Assembly: GCA_963765205.1 (NCBI GenBank)
Contig: CAVXVB010000005.1
Span: forward strand, 128,001 to 192,000
Direction of reading: 5' to 3'
Length of the DNA stretch: 64,000 nucleotides
DNA from: an uncultured Verrucomicrobiae bacterium
Lineage (GTDB): Bacteria; Verrucomicrobiota; Verrucomicrobiia; Opitutales; JABDGR01
Part shown: piece after piece, positions 45,099 through 55,563 of the stretch
Layout of the letters: each line of letters begins with the position of its first letter
Position numbering within the stretch: position 1 is the stretch's first letter
Position numbers and translations under genes: made by a program
Notes under the pieces: generated by a model
Databases searched by the model: none
Seen by the model: the letters and a program-made list of their open reading frames with translations, nothing else
What the model was told of the DNA's origin: nothing

Positions 45099-45654
45099 GT
45101 GCCTCCTCCCGATTCTCCATCCCCTCCGCCCAACCTTTACCTCGCCGGTTTCATGGGCACCGGCAAATCTGCGCTCGGCCGCAAACTGGCCGAGCTGAAG
45201 AACCTGCGTTTCATTGATTTCGGACGACCTTATCGCGCGCGGCGCGGGCAAGCCCATCGCCCAGATTTTCGCCGACGAAGGCGAGGAGGAGTTCCGCCGG
45301 ATGGAGCGCGAGTTCATTGAGCGGGGCCACCCCGGGCGCGGCTGCGTTGTGGCGCTCGGCGGCGGGTTGGTGGCGCAGCCGGGGATGATCGAGGCGCTGC
45401 GCGCCCGCGGTGTCCTCGTCTGCCTCATCGCTTCACCCGAGACGATTCTCCAGCGCACGCGCGGCAACCCCGCGCGCCCGTTACTCAACGTGCCCGACCC
45501 CGCCGCGCGCATCAGCGCGCTGCTTGCCGAACGCGAACCCTACTACCAGCGCGCCGGCACTTGCATCATGACGGACGGCCGTTCGCTCGGCGACCTCCTT
45601 GCGCACCTTGACCGCATTTACCGCCGCGAGGCGCGGAATTATCCGGCCAAGTGA
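45099..45654 (+). pseudogene. aroK: Shikimate kinase, frameshifted at 45218-45220 (possible assembly indel)
   Basis: GFMGTGKS then SDDLI..IF..EGEEEFRRME, ALGGG, RPLL, REPYY. Confidence 0.88.
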
Positions 45655-45812
45655 ATTAAGAATTCAGAAGTTTGGAGTCAGAAGTTTGGAGTCAGAAGTT
45701 TGGAGTCAGAAGTTTGGAGTCAGAAGTTTGGAGAACACGCCCGTCGAAATTTTGCCGTTGAACGAGCAACGGGAAATTCAACTTTTTAATTCTTAATTTT
45801 CCCTTTTTAATT
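45652..45812. repeat. (TCAGAAGTTTGGAG)5 perfect tandem plus flanking AATTAAG/TTCTTAA inverted remnants
   Basis: 5 exact copies at 45664-45733; GAATTAAGAATT at 45653 and TTAATTCTTAATT near 45786. Confidence 0.9.
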
Positions 45813-47906
45813 TCAACTCCGCCCCTCCAAGCCGACCCGCTCTACGATGCGGAGAAATTCGTCCCGCGCGAACGGTTTGGCGATGAAGGCTTCCATTCCC
45901 GCAGCCTGGTAGCGATCCGCCTCTTCCTTCATGGCGCGGGCCGTGAGCGCCACAATGGGTGTTTGCCGTTGCCCCAGACTCTGCTGCAGCTTTCGAATCC
46001 TGGCGGAAGCTTCCACTCCATCCATGTCCGGCATTTGAATGTCCATGAGGATCACATCGAAGGTGGAACCATTCACGGCTGCGACTGCTTCCATGCCATT
46101 GCCGGCCAGCACGACCTCGTGCCCGCGCTGGGTCAGGAAGGTGCGCCCCACCAACTGGTTGGTTGGATTATCCTCCACCAGGAGCAAGCGCAACGGTCGC
46201 AACACCTTTCCGAGCGGCGCTTGATTGGGCGCGGGCTTCGGGGTAAATTGGCTGAGAATCGTGAGAATGGTGTTCAGTAGGTCGGCCTGGCAGACTGGCT
46301 TGTTCAGCACGCCGGCGATCCCCAGTTCGCGCGCGTGTTCCAAGGCCTGGGGTTGGGCGGCGGAGGATAGCATGATCACCGTGGGCAGTCTTGCGGGCCG
46401 CCGGCGCAGCAGTTCTTCCATCATCATGAAGCCGTCCATTTCCGGCATCATGGCATCCAGCAGCACCAGGCCAAAGGGGGTGCCCAATTGGCTGGCCCAC
46501 TCGAGTTCGTGCAGCGCCTGGTGGCCGCCATTCACCGCCACCGTCAGCAGACCCCACTGCCGGGTCATTTCCTCCAGCACCCGGCGGTTGGTGTGATTAT
46601 CGTCCACCACCAGCGTGCGCAGCCCCCTTAATCTTTCCATGTGGGCGGGCGTGACGGGCAGGGTAGGGCTGGCGCCCCGCCCAAACCGGACGGTAAACTC
46701 GAAACGGCTGCCCCGGCCGGGTTCGCTTTCAACTTTCAGCCGGCCGCCCATCTGTTCAACAATGCCGGAGGAAATCGCCAGCCCCAGCCCCGTCCCGCCA
46801 AAGCGCCGGGTCGTCGAGCCGTCCGCCTGTACGAAGGGCGAAAATATGGCGCTTTGCTGATCCGCCGGGATCCCGATGCCCGTATCGGCCACCCCGAATC
46901 GAAGCTGGACGTGCCCGTTCTGTTGCAGCGGGGACCGCACTTCGAGGGTGATTTCCCCCTTTTGGGTGAATTTAATGGCATTGCCGAGGAGGTTGACGAG
47001 CACTTGCCGCAGCCGCACGGGATCGCCCACCAATTCATCGGGCACGGAAGCCGGCAGATCGGCGACCAGCTCGAGCGACTTCTGACCGACCTGTATGCCG
47101 AAGGGTTTGATGATTTCCGCCACCAGTTCGCGCAAGCTGAAGGTGATGTGCTCCAATTGGATCTTCCCGGCCTCGATTTTGGAAAAATCCAGGATGTCAT
47201 TGATGATGCCCATCAGGGAATTGGCCGATTGCCGCACCAGGGCCAGATAGTTCCGCTGCTCGGTGGTCAGCTCGGTGTCGAGCACGAGCTCCGTCATGCC
47301 CATGATGCCGTTCATTGGCGTGCGGATTTCATGGCTCATGTTGGCCATGAACTCGCCTTTGACCCGGTTGGCCGTGTCCGCTTCGCGCTTGGCGGCGAGG
47401 AGGGCTTTTTCCGTTTCCTGGCGCGCGGTGATTTCTGCGGCCAACTGCCGGTTGCGCAGCGCAAATACCTGGCTCGATGCCAGCAGGAGCGCGGGAAACC
47501 CCACCATGCGTATGGTGCCCGCCGCCGCATTTTCCACCAAGAATGGCTCGTAGATTTCCTCGCTCGCCCGTGCCAGGCAATGTGCAATGGCATCCTGAAT
47601 GGGGCATTCCGCCGGCAACACCAGCATTGGCGCATGCGTGACGCACTCAAGGAGCGCCTCGATGGGGCGCACAGTGAAACGCTCCAAGCCATAGGGCCGG
47701 CTCATCACGCGTAAAAACGAGGCTTGCGAGAGCGTGTTGACGCGGGTCGCCCCCTTCATGATGATAACGCCGGGAACATCCGGGTAATTTTTGAAATACC
47801 GGCTGATGACGGCACCCCGGGTCTCGAGGTCGAACGCCGCGTCCGCATATGGCAGCTCTCCAACTTGGGTTACGGCGCTAAAGTCATGGCTGATTTGCGT
47901 CGTCAT
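45813..47906 (-). CDS. Cytoplasmic hybrid sensor histidine kinase with two receiver domains
   Basis: [34 protein letters not shown], two REC domains ([19 protein letters not shown]). Confidence 0.94.
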   Translation of the reverse strand: MTTQISHDFSAVTQVGELPYADAAFDLETRGAVISRYFKNYPDVPGVIIMKGATRVNTLSQASFLRVMSRPYGLERFTVRPIEALLECVTHAPMLVLPAECPIQDAIAHCLARASEEIYEPFLVENAAAGTIRMVGFPALLLASSQVFALRNRQLAAEITARQETEKALLAAKREADTANRVKGEFMANMSHEIRTPMNGIMGMTELVLDTELTTEQRNYLALVRQSANSLMGIINDILDFSKIEAGKIQLEHITFSLRELVAEIIKPFGIQVGQKSLELVADLPASVPDELVGDPVRLRQVLVNLLGNAIKFTQKGEITLEVRSPLQQNGHVQLRFGVADTGIGIPADQQSAIFSPFVQADGSTTRRFGGTGLGLAISSGIVEQMGGRLKVESEPGRGSRFEFTVRFGRGASPTLPVTPAHMERLRGLRTLVVDDNHTNRRVLEEMTRQWGLLTVAVNGGHQALHELEWASQLGTPFGLVLLDAMMPEMDGFMMMEELLRRRPARLPTVIMLSSAAQPQALEHARELGIAGVLNKPVCQADLLNTILTILSQFTPKPAPNQAPLGKVLRPLRLLLVEDNPTNQLVGRTFLTQRGHEVVLAGNGMEAVAAVNGSTFDVILMDIQMPDMDGVEASARIRKLQQSLGQRQTPIVALTARAMKEEADRYQAAGMEAFIAKPFARDEFLRIVERVGLEGRS

Positions 47907-48010
47907 GGAACCAACCAACATACCCTAAAATTGTCGCCGCATAATTGGAGTTGGGTTACATTAGGGTGACAGCGGCTCCGGGCGGACAATGATAGCCACT
48001 AGCCCTAGGG

Positions 48011-48426
48011 TCATTTCCCCATTTTTTTATTGAAAAACGCACGCATTTTTTCCAACACATCCGCCGGGGGTCGGACTGGCTCGCCTTGAAAATTCACGAA
48101 CGCGTGCGTGGTGTGCCCGGTCAGGCACAGTTCGCCCGAGCGGCGCAATTCGTAGTCAATGCGCAGGCGCGCAGTCGGGCGTTCGCGCACGAGGGTGAGC
48201 AATTCGAGCCGGTCGTCAAAATACGTCGGAAGCAAAAAATTGGCGTGGGCCTCGAGCACCGGCAGCCGGTAGCCGCGCTCCTCGAGGCGCGGTAGGGCAG
48301 GCCCAGCTCGTCCATTATCTGCACGCGCCCCACCTCGAACCAGGTGAAGTAATTTCCATGGTAGGTGAAGCCCATCATGTCGGTCTCCGCGTAGCGCACG
48401 CGAATCACACTGGTTGAAGTGATCAT
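48011..48426 (-). pseudogene. Acyl-CoA thioesterase (YbgC/FadM family), frameshifted near 48286 (possible assembly indel)
   Basis: RVRYAETDMMG..YHGNYFTWFEVGR then LEERGYRLPVLEA..PTYFDD. Confidence 0.85.
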
Positions 48427-48436
48427 GGGCAGAATA

Positions 48437-48630
48437 TAGAATGGAAAAGGGAGGATGGAAAATGGAAAAAACGAGAAAGCAGAGTGCTGGATTTTCGGCC
48501 AAACCCGGAAATCGGTCATTTGCGGTGGGCACTTGGCTTGCGGCACTCAGAATTCAGCAATCAGCATTCAGGAATTTCATCCTTCATCCCTCATCCTTTT
48601 TCCATTTTCCATCCTCCCTTTTCCATTCTA
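48437..48630. repeat. Perfect 34-bp inverted repeat enclosing nested heptamer arrays
   Basis: TAGAATGGAAAAGGGAGGATGGAAAATGGAAAAA at 48437-48470, exact complement at 48597-48630. Confidence 0.92.
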
Positions 48631-48640
48631 CACTTCCGCC

Positions 48641-49255
48641 ATGTCCCTCACCACGTCGCAGCGCTTCGGCGCGTATTTCATCGGCTTCGGCCTCGGCTGC
48701 GTGCTCGTGTCCATCTACCTCAGCGTGCGCGGGCTGCCCCATCCGCCCGAACCGCCCCCGCCCGGCGTCATCCGCCGCGAGGTGCCCGGCGCGCTTGCGC
48801 AAATGATGCTCAGCGGCACACCCATTGACGGCGATTTCGTCCTCTCCCATGACGACAGCCGGACGCTGGCCGCCCCCGCCGCGGGCCGCTTCACCCGTGC
48901 CCTCGTGGTTGCCGGCCTCGACCCCGGTGCCTTCATCCGTGTCGAGGAGCAATCCCTTGTCACGGATCCCGACAAGGTCGTGGACTGGAAATTCATGTTT
49001 GCCGACCACGCCCGCGCCCAACTCAAGCCCGGCGCCGACACCCGCGCGCTGGCCGACGCCATGAAGCCACTCGGCTGGCGCTTTGCCGGCGACAAGGACA
49101 AAGACGGCTGGGCCACGATTTTATTGAGCGGCCACTCTGTCAAAAGCCTGCCGCAAGCCCTCGCGCAATTGCAGGCCTGGCCGCAATGGGTCGCCGCCGC
49201 CGCGCCGGATTACCTGCCCGCCCCGTCTCTGATGGCGGGAACGCGTGGTCCATAA
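48641..49255 (+). CDS. Membrane-anchored hypothetical protein
   Basis: N-terminal TM RFGAYFIGFGLGCVLV; host-like codon usage. Confidence 0.7.
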   Translation: MSLTTSQRFGAYFIGFGLGCVLVSIYLSVRGLPHPPEPPPPGVIRREVPGALAQMMLSGTPIDGDFVLSHDDSRTLAAPAAGRFTRALVVAGLDPGAFIRVEEQSLVTDPDKVVDWKFMFADHARAQLKPGADTRALADAMKPLGWRFAGDKDKDGWATILLSGHSVKSLPQALAQLQAWPQWVAAAAPDYLPAPSLMAGTRGP

Positions 49256-49284
49256 CTGATGGCGAGCTGGCTATGGCTCCCTGT

Positions 49285-50157
49285 CTAATACCCAATCAAC
49301 TGAATATGCGCCGCCTTGGCTTCGGCGAGCACCGCGTCTTTTTCCAAAATCAGCGTCGCGCCGGCTTCGAGCGCCGCGGCGGAGATTTTCGCCTCGCGCA
49401 GCACCGCCAGCGTCCCGCGGCCAAACACCGGCACGTCGAAACGGAAATCCTGCTGGGGCTTGGCGGTTTTGACAAAGAGCGGCTCCTTCGCGCCGAACTC
49501 GCCCGCGCGCCGCAGCATCGGGTCCGTGCCTTCAAAGGCTTCGACGGCCAGCACCGTCCCGCCGCTGACGACGACGCCCTGCCCAATGTCGAGTTTCGCG
49601 ATGTCGCGCGCGAGGCGCACGCCAAAGTCGAGCGTCTCCTGCGTTACGCGTGATTTTCCACCCGTCATCACGCCGGTCTCGGCGAGTTCGTGGTCGAGGA
49701 AGGCGCGGGCGTCCAGCAGCGGGATGCCGAGGAGTTCGATTTCGCGCGCCAGCGCCCCAAAGATGCTCGCGGCGTTGCGTTCCTTGAGCGTGGCGAGAAT
49801 GGTGATGGCCTTCAAATCCGGGTGCAGGCCGTCGAAGAGGCGGCGCGGGCGGATTTGCCCGGCCATGATCGCCGCGCCGGCCTCAAGGTGGCGCAGCGCC
49901 TTGAGCATGTGCCCCACCTGGCCGACTTTGATGATTTCGCGCTCGCCGGCGGGAAAGGAGTCCACTAGTTCCGGCGCAGTCTCGTCGTGAAAGGCGATGA
50001 GCCGCGCCGCCACGCCCGCCGCCCGCAGCGCGCGCGCCGTCAGTTGCGGATACAGGCCGCGCCCGGCAATGATCGCGACGGGCCGGCCCGCATCAAAATG
50101 CTTCGGCAAAAACCGCGAGCGCACGGGCGCGGCGGCGCTGGAGGCGGGGGTTTTCAC
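49285..50157 (-). CDS. lpxI: UDP-2,3-diacylglucosamine diphosphatase LpxI family
   Basis: IIAGRG, LDIGQGVVV, AVEAFEGTD, KPQQDFRFDVPVFG. Confidence 0.9.
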   Translation of the reverse strand: MKTPASSAAAPVRSRFLPKHFDAGRPVAIIAGRGLYPQLTARALRAAGVAARLIAFHDETAPELVDSFPAGEREIIKVGQVGHMLKALRHLEAGAAIMAGQIRPRRLFDGLHPDLKAITILATLKERNAASIFGALAREIELLGIPLLDARAFLDHELAETGVMTGGKSRVTQETLDFGVRLARDIAKLDIGQGVVVSGGTVLAVEAFEGTDPMLRRAGEFGAKEPLFVKTAKPQQDFRFDVPVFGRGTLAVLREAKISAAALEAGATLILEKDAVLAEAKAAHIQLIGY

Positions 50158-50975
50158 CGGTAGCGCGGGTCGTCGGCGGAGATTTGCTCCGTGAAGGATT
50201 GGGGCACGCGCTGGGCCGCGACGAGGTTGGGGCCGACGCTGGTAAAAGTGAAGCGCAGACCCACGCTCGTCGCCGTGGCCAGCCACGCGCCGAAATGGTC
50301 GTGGTCGTCAGTGGTGATCGTGGTGAGTTGCAGCGGGTAGGGCGCATGGAGGTTCTGGCGCGTGAGCGTGGCGGTTTGACCCGCCAGCACCGTGTCGTGA
50401 AAGCCCGTCTCCGGCACGGTCACATCCACCGTGCCGTCGAACAAAGTAAGCGCGAGGCTGTCCTTATCCGCATGCACGACGAAGGAAGGCGAATGAAAAC
50501 TCAGTTGCGCCAGCGGTGTGGTGAGCGTGAAGTTTGAGGTGGGCACCGGCTGGCGGCCGGAAACCGCCAGCGTGCCTTGCGCCAGCGTGAGCCGCAAACT
50601 GCTGCGCGACGGCTCATACGCGCTGTCGCGGCTGGTGTCCAAGATGGGGTCTTGCGTGAATTCGTCCAGGGTGACGCGCCCGCCGCCGGGCAGAAAAAGG
50701 GCATCGCCATTTGACAAAACAAACATCAGCGCCAACCCCGTCGGCGCATTGACGCCTTGTCCGCTGGCGGAAAAATTCTCGCCGCGCACAAGCGGGCGCG
50801 CTTTCGCGCCCGGGCCGGCGGGCAGGATGGTCGTGCCATCGCGCACGGTCTGCGCGAAGATCGCCCCCGCCCGCGGCGCGGTTGACGGCGCGACCGATGG
50901 CGCTGCGGCCGGGGCGGAATCCGCGCCGGCCGCAGCCGCCCCCATCGCTGCCAAAATTAAAAGGGTCTTGATCAT
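50154..50975 (-). CDS. Secreted FecR-like domain protein
   Basis: Signal peptide; [35 protein letters not shown]. Confidence 0.65.
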   Translation of the reverse strand: MIKTLLILAAMGAAAAGADSAPAAAPSVAPSTAPRAGAIFAQTVRDGTTILPAGPGAKARPLVRGENFSASGQGVNAPTGLALMFVLSNGDALFLPGGGRVTLDEFTQDPILDTSRDSAYEPSRSSLRLTLAQGTLAVSGRQPVPTSNFTLTTPLAQLSFHSPSFVVHADKDSLALTLFDGTVDVTVPETGFHDTVLAGQTATLTRQNLHAPYPLQLTTITTDDHDHFGAWLATATSVGLRFTFTSVGPNLVAAQRVPQSFTEQISADDPRYR

Positions 50976-53725
50976 CGCACCACCAGATTAAGAATTTTTC
51001 CCGGGACGTAAATTTCTTTTACCAGGGTCTTGCCGGCCAGGTGCGGGGCGACGCGCTCGTGCGCCTTCGCCAGCGCGATGATCTCCGCCGCGCCCATCGC
51101 CACCGGCACGTCCACGTCCCCGCGCAGCTTGCCGTTGACTTGGATGACGATCTTCACCATGTCGCGCCTGAGCTTGGCCGGGTCGAATGACGGCCAGGGC
51201 TGCTCCGCGACGCTCGGCGCGCCGCCGAGTTTCTCCCAGAGTTCCTCGGCCAGATGCGGCGCCAGCGGCGCGAGCAGTTGCGCGAAAACGCGCGCCGTCG
51301 CCAGCGTGTAGCCCGGCTGCGCGGCGAGATGGTTCAGCAAAATCATCAATTGCGAAACGGCGGTGTTGAACCGCAGCGTCTCATAGTCGTGGGTGACTTT
51401 TTTGATGGACTCGTGTACGAGCCGCGCCGTGTCGGCGTCGTCCGCGCCATCGCGCGCGAGTTTGGCGGTGGGCGCGCCGTCCGCGCCGACGAATTCACGC
51501 CACACGCGCTTCAGGAAGCGCACCGAGCCTTCAACCCCCGCGCTGTTCCAGGGCTTCTCGGCCTCGACCGGCCCGAGGAACATCAGGTAAACGCGCAGCA
51601 CGTCCGCGCCATATTCGGCGATGAAGTCGTCGGGGTTGACGACGTTGCCGCGGCTCTTCGACATCTTCTGCCCGTCCTCGCCGAGCAACATGCCCTGGTG
51701 GAAAAGTTTGGGAAACGGCTCGGGCGCGCGCACCGCGCCGATGTCGTGCAAAAATTCGTTCCAGAAACGCGCGTAGAGCAGGTGCAGCACGGCGTGTTCC
51801 GCGCCGCCGATATACATGTCCGGCATCCCCCAGTAGGCCTCGCGCGCGGGGTCGAGCAGTTGCTTGTCATCGTCCGGGTCGAGGTAGCGCAGGTAATACC
51901 AGCACGAGCCGGCCCATTGCGGCATGGTGTTGGTCTCGCGCATCCCGGCGACCCATTCGTTGCCTGCCCTGAGCGAAGTCGAAGGGCCAATCTTTTCCCC
52001 CGAAACAATTTCCCCCGTGGCGAGATTGACGCGCACATGCAGCCACGCATCGGCCTTCGCCAGCGGGCTTTCGCCGGTGCCGCTGGGCTGGTAGTTGGCG
52101 ATTTCCGGCAGTTGCAGCGGCAGCGCCGATGACGGCAGCGGAATGGCAATCCAGCGCACGCCGTCCTTCTGGAAGGTGATCAAAGTCTCCGGCAGAAATT
52201 CGCGTAGCGGACTCTGCGGATACTTTTCAAGCTTCGCGTAATCCGCCGCGCGCACCCAGACAATCGGAAATGGCTCGCCCCAATATCGCTGCCGCGAAAA
52301 CAGCCAGTCGCGCAGTTTGAAATTCACGGTCTTTTTGCCGAGGCTTTTTGATTCCAGCCAAGCAGTGATTTTCTTTTTCCCCTCGGTTGCAGTTAAGCCT
52401 GTAATTGAAATATCCGGTCCTGTAGATCCAGTAATCAAGCCTTCGCCGGTGAATGCTTCAAACTTAGCGCAGGTCGCGGCATATCGACTTCCCAGCCCAT
52501 CTTTGAATCTTTCCGGCGGTTGGTTATCGTAATTTTCGGATGCATTTTGACCAGTACGAATTAAATACCGTTTAGCAGTATCAACGAGCCATTGGGCGGG
52601 CGGTGCAATAACGACATACATCGGAAGGTTGAACTGTTTAGCAAATTCGAAGTCGCGTTCATCATGTGCGGGGACGGCCATGATGGCGCCGGTGCCGTAG
52701 GTCATCAAAACATAGTCCGCGACCCAAATCGGAATCTCGCGGCCATTGACCGGGTTGATCGCATACGCGCCGGTGAAGACGCCGGTTTTGTCCTTCGCCA
52801 GTTCGGCGCGTTCGAGGTCGCTCTTCGCGCGCGCGCGCTCCTGATACGCGGCCACGGCCTCGCGCTGCGCGGGCGTGGTGATTTTCGCCAGCAGCGGGTG
52901 CTCGGGCGCGACGACCATGTAGGTCGCCCCGAACAGCGTGTCCGGGCGCGTGGTGAAGACGACGAGTTCCTCGCCGGGGAAATCGCGCAGGGCAAAGCGC
53001 ACCTCCGCGCCCTCGGAACGGCCAATCCAGTTGGTCTGGAGTTTTTTGGTGGACTCGGGCCAGTCGAGCTTTTCGAGGCCGGCCAGCAATTTGTCCGCGT
53101 AAGCCGTGATGCGCAGCACCCACTGGCGCAGGTTGCGCCGTTCGACCGGGTGGCTGCCGCGCTCGGAGCGCGGGCCTTCGGCGGTGTTGAGCACCTCCTC
53201 GTTGGCGAGCACCGTCCCCAGCGCCGGGCAATACCACACGGGCTTTTCATCCACATAGGCCAGGCCGTGCTTGAACAGTTGCAGGAAAATCCACTGCGTC
53301 CAGCGGAAGTAATGCGGGTCGGTGGTGTTGACCTCGCGCGCGCGGTCGTAAACAAAACCCAGCCGGCGAAGTTGCTCGCGGAAGCGTGCGATGTTCTTGC
53401 GCGTGGTCTCGGCCGGGTGCGTGCCGGTTTTGAGGGCGTATTGCTCGGTCGGCAGGCCGAAAGCGTCCCAGCCGGTCGGGTGGAGGACGTTGTGGCCCTG
53501 GGCGCGTTTGAAGCGCGCGAGAATGTCCGTCGGGAAATAGCAGACCGGATGGCCGATGTGCAGGCCCTCGCCGGACGGGTAGGGGAACATGTCGAGCACG
53601 TAGTATTTCGGGCGCGCGCGGCCCGCGGCGTCCTCGCGTGCGGCGAACGTGCTGTTCTGTTCCCAGAACGCCTGCCACCGCGCCTCCACGCGCGTGAAAT
53701 CATATTCGGAAGGGTGCTCAGCCAT
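50972..53725 (-). CDS. leuS: Leucine--tRNA ligase
   Basis: [60 protein letters not shown]. Confidence 0.97.
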   Translation of the reverse strand: MAEHPSEYDFTRVEARWQAFWEQNSTFAAREDAAGRARPKYYVLDMFPYPSGEGLHIGHPVCYFPTDILARFKRAQGHNVLHPTGWDAFGLPTEQYALKTGTHPAETTRKNIARFREQLRRLGFVYDRAREVNTTDPHYFRWTQWIFLQLFKHGLAYVDEKPVWYCPALGTVLANEEVLNTAEGPRSERGSHPVERRNLRQWVLRITAYADKLLAGLEKLDWPESTKKLQTNWIGRSEGAEVRFALRDFPGEELVVFTTRPDTLFGATYMVVAPEHPLLAKITTPAQREAVAAYQERARAKSDLERAELAKDKTGVFTGAYAINPVNGREIPIWVADYVLMTYGTGAIMAVPAHDERDFEFAKQFNLPMYVVIAPPAQWLVDTAKRYLIRTGQNASENYDNQPPERFKDGLGSRYAATCAKFEAFTGEGLITGSTGPDISITGLTATEGKKKITAWLESKSLGKKTVNFKLRDWLFSRQRYWGEPFPIVWVRAADYAKLEKYPQSPLREFLPETLITFQKDGVRWIAIPLPSSALPLQLPEIANYQPSGTGESPLAKADAWLHVRVNLATGEIVSGEKIGPSTSLRAGNEWVAGMRETNTMPQWAGSCWYYLRYLDPDDDKQLLDPAREAYWGMPDMYIGGAEHAVLHLLYARFWNEFLHDIGAVRAPEPFPKLFHQGMLLGEDGQKMSKSRGNVVNPDDFIAEYGADVLRVYLMFLGPVEAEKPWNSAGVEGSVRFLKRVWREFVGADGAPTAKLARDGADDADTARLVHESIKKVTHDYETLRFNTAVSQLMILLNHLAAQPGYTLATARVFAQLLAPLAPHLAEELWEKLGGAPSVAEQPWPSFDPAKLRRDMVKIVIQVNGKLRGDVDVPVAMGAAEIIALAKAHERVAPHLAGKTLVKEIYVPGKILNLVVR

Positions 53726-53819
53726 GAATGAAAAGGGAAGAGCTTGGCGGGTTCTGGCGGCGGGGTCAAACCAAGCTTGAAGAATGCATTATTGTGATTC
53801 ATGCTAAAATAACAGATTC

Positions 53820-54228
53820 ATGAATGCCTCATTGGAAAAGGCGGTGATTAATATGTTGCTGGAAAAATCCGAAGCAACATCTGCCGCCATTCGTGAGCAG
53901 CTATACTATGCTACAGTTACCAAACGTGAACTGACGGGCGTGGGATTTTCACCCACTTTGCCGTGGCAGTTGATGCGCCAGTCAAACGCGATCTTCCAAA
54001 CATGACGCTTGGTAATGTTGGTGCGGAATTGCCTGGCATTAACACGGTGCTGGATTCCTGCTTTTTATCCGTGATGGCGCGATCACTATGCTGGAGGGCT
54101 ATACTTACGATGAAAAATGGCCAGAGGCCGTGGACGGGTTCAAGTTATTCAGAATGGACGACAAAGGGCGCGGTTTTTTACATCTGCGAGACACAGACGT
54201 CGAAAGGGATGAGAGAGACCGTTTATAG
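53820..54228 (+). pseudogene. AT-rich hypothetical protein split by two frameshifts (53946-53949, 54041-54042)
   Basis: Restored frame reads RELTGVGFFTHFAV...GAELPGIKHGAGFLLFIRDGAITMLEGYTYDEKWPE. Confidence 0.6.
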
Positions 54229-54339
54229 GCGTGGATCGGCCTCGTAGCACCGGACCTGTTCGGGCGGGATAAGCTTTTGCCGCGCCATTTGGGTATCCAT
54301 GGCGTTGGTCAGCAAAACTTTGGCGCGAACTTCAACCAT
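54223..54339 (-). pseudogene. N-terminal fragment of a clan AA aspartic protease-like gene
   Basis: MVEVRAKVLLTNAMD..MARQKLIPPEQVRCYEAD ends just before the expected ALVDTG motif. Confidence 0.5.
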
Positions 54340-54474
54340 GGTTTTGATGTAACCCCTTGATACTGTATAATCAAGCCGTAACGAGATTTCGCCCTCCAAT
54401 CTTGACACCCCGGCTCGGCTAGGGTGTTATGTCCCCTTTTCGCGGGGGCGAATCCCCGGGTAAAGACTCCTTTT

Positions 54475-54609
54475 ATGGAACCAACCTATCGTCCGTCTAA
54501 ACTGGCCCGTGCGCGGCGCTGCGGTTTCCGCGCGCGCAACAAGACCCGCGGGGGCCGCAAAGTCCTCGCCAATCGCCGCCGCCATGGCCGCAAGCGCCTG
54601 GCCGACTAG
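54475..54609 (+). CDS. rpmH: 50S ribosomal protein L34
   Basis: [35 protein letters not shown]. Confidence 0.96.
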   Translation: MEPTYRPSKLARARRCGFRARNKTRGGRKVLANRRRHGRKRLAD

Positions 54610-54612
54610 CGC

Positions 54613-55041
54613 GTGCCGCCCGCCGCCCCCGTCCCTGCCATGTCACCCGCGCCCGCAACCGCCCCCGGCGACGCCGGACCGAGTCCGCGCGCGCGCGAAC
54701 GCCTTTCCGCGGCCCAGCGCCTGCGCCGCCCGGCGGATTTCGACGAAGTGCGCCGCCTGGGCCGCCGGGCCGAGGCCGGGCCGTTCACGCTGCGGGTGCG
54801 CCTGCGGTCGGAAGGGCCGCGGCGCCTGGGCGTCGTCGCTTCGCGCAAAGCCGGGCCGGCGGTGCGCCGCAACCGCGCCAAGCGCGTGCTGCGGGAATTG
54901 TTCCGCCGCAATCCGGAGGCGCTGCCGCCGTCCTGCGACGTGGTCATCGTCGTGCGCGCGAACTTTCCCGACTTTTCCTTCGCCGAAATCCGCGAACGCT
55001 ACCTGAACGCGGTGAAACAAACTTCGCGCAACGCGAAGTGA
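54613..55041 (+). CDS. rnpA: Ribonuclease P protein component
   Basis: RL...DF..V, RLGVVASRKAGPAVRRNRAKR, DVVIV. Confidence 0.93.
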   Translation: MPPAAPVPAMSPAPATAPGDAGPSPRARERLSAAQRLRRPADFDEVRRLGRRAEAGPFTLRVRLRSEGPRRLGVVASRKAGPAVRRNRAKRVLRELFRRNPEALPPSCDVVIVVRANFPDFSFAEIRERYLNAVKQTSRNAK

Positions 55042-55045
55042 AAAC

Positions 55046-55215
55046 GATTTAGGATTTATGATTTAAGAATTATGAAGGGCTAGCCCCAGCCCTGTTTGCC
55101 ATGCCAATGCGCCCCAATTTTTTCAGAATTTTTGCTCAAATCATAAATGGCTCCGATTATCGTCCGGCATCGCTCGTTTCATAGTTCTTAAATCTTAAAT
55201 CATAAATCTTAAATC
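55046..55215. repeat. Inverted pair of (GATTTAW)n heptamer arrays
   Basis: Arms 55046-55076 and 55178-55215 between rnpA and yidD. Confidence 0.88.
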
Positions 55216-55219
55216 CCCC

Positions 55220-55522
55220 ATGCCCCCCTCCCCCCAGCGTCCCTCCCTGCCCGCCTGCGTGGCCGCCGTCCTGGTACGCGGCTATCAGGTGGCGCTGTCG
55301 CCGCTGCAAAGGCTGCTCGGGCCGAACGTGGGCTGCCGGTTTGCGCCGGGATGTTCGGAATACGCGCGGCAGGCCCTCCTCACGCATGGGCTGGTGCGCG
55401 GTGGCTGGCTCGCGGCGCGACGGCTCTCGCGGTGCCATCCGTTTCACGCCGGCGGTTTCGACCCCGTGCCGCCGGGCCGCTTCGTGCCGGGGCGCATGTG
55501 GCGGCCGCGCACCGAAGGTTGA
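55220..55522 (+). CDS. yidD: Membrane protein insertion efficiency factor
   Basis: [31 protein letters not shown]. Confidence 0.95.
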   Translation: MPPSPQRPSLPACVAAVLVRGYQVALSPLQRLLGPNVGCRFAPGCSEYARQALLTHGLVRGGWLAARRLSRCHPFHAGGFDPVPPGRFVPGRMWRPRTEG

Positions 55523-55563
55523 GCGCGCCTCGCTATCTAATTTCTTTTTACCGAGTTCGGCTC

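Noticed and set aside
45664..45733. Possible CRISPR array
   Set aside because: Five contiguous 14-mers with no spacers, and no cas genes in the window
54402..54432. Sigma70 promoter of rpmH
   Set aside because: TTGACA is present but there is no convincing -10 at 16-18 bp spacing; not called
53726..54474. oriC near rpmH
   Set aside because: No dnaA adjacent and no cluster of TTATCCACA-like boxes seen
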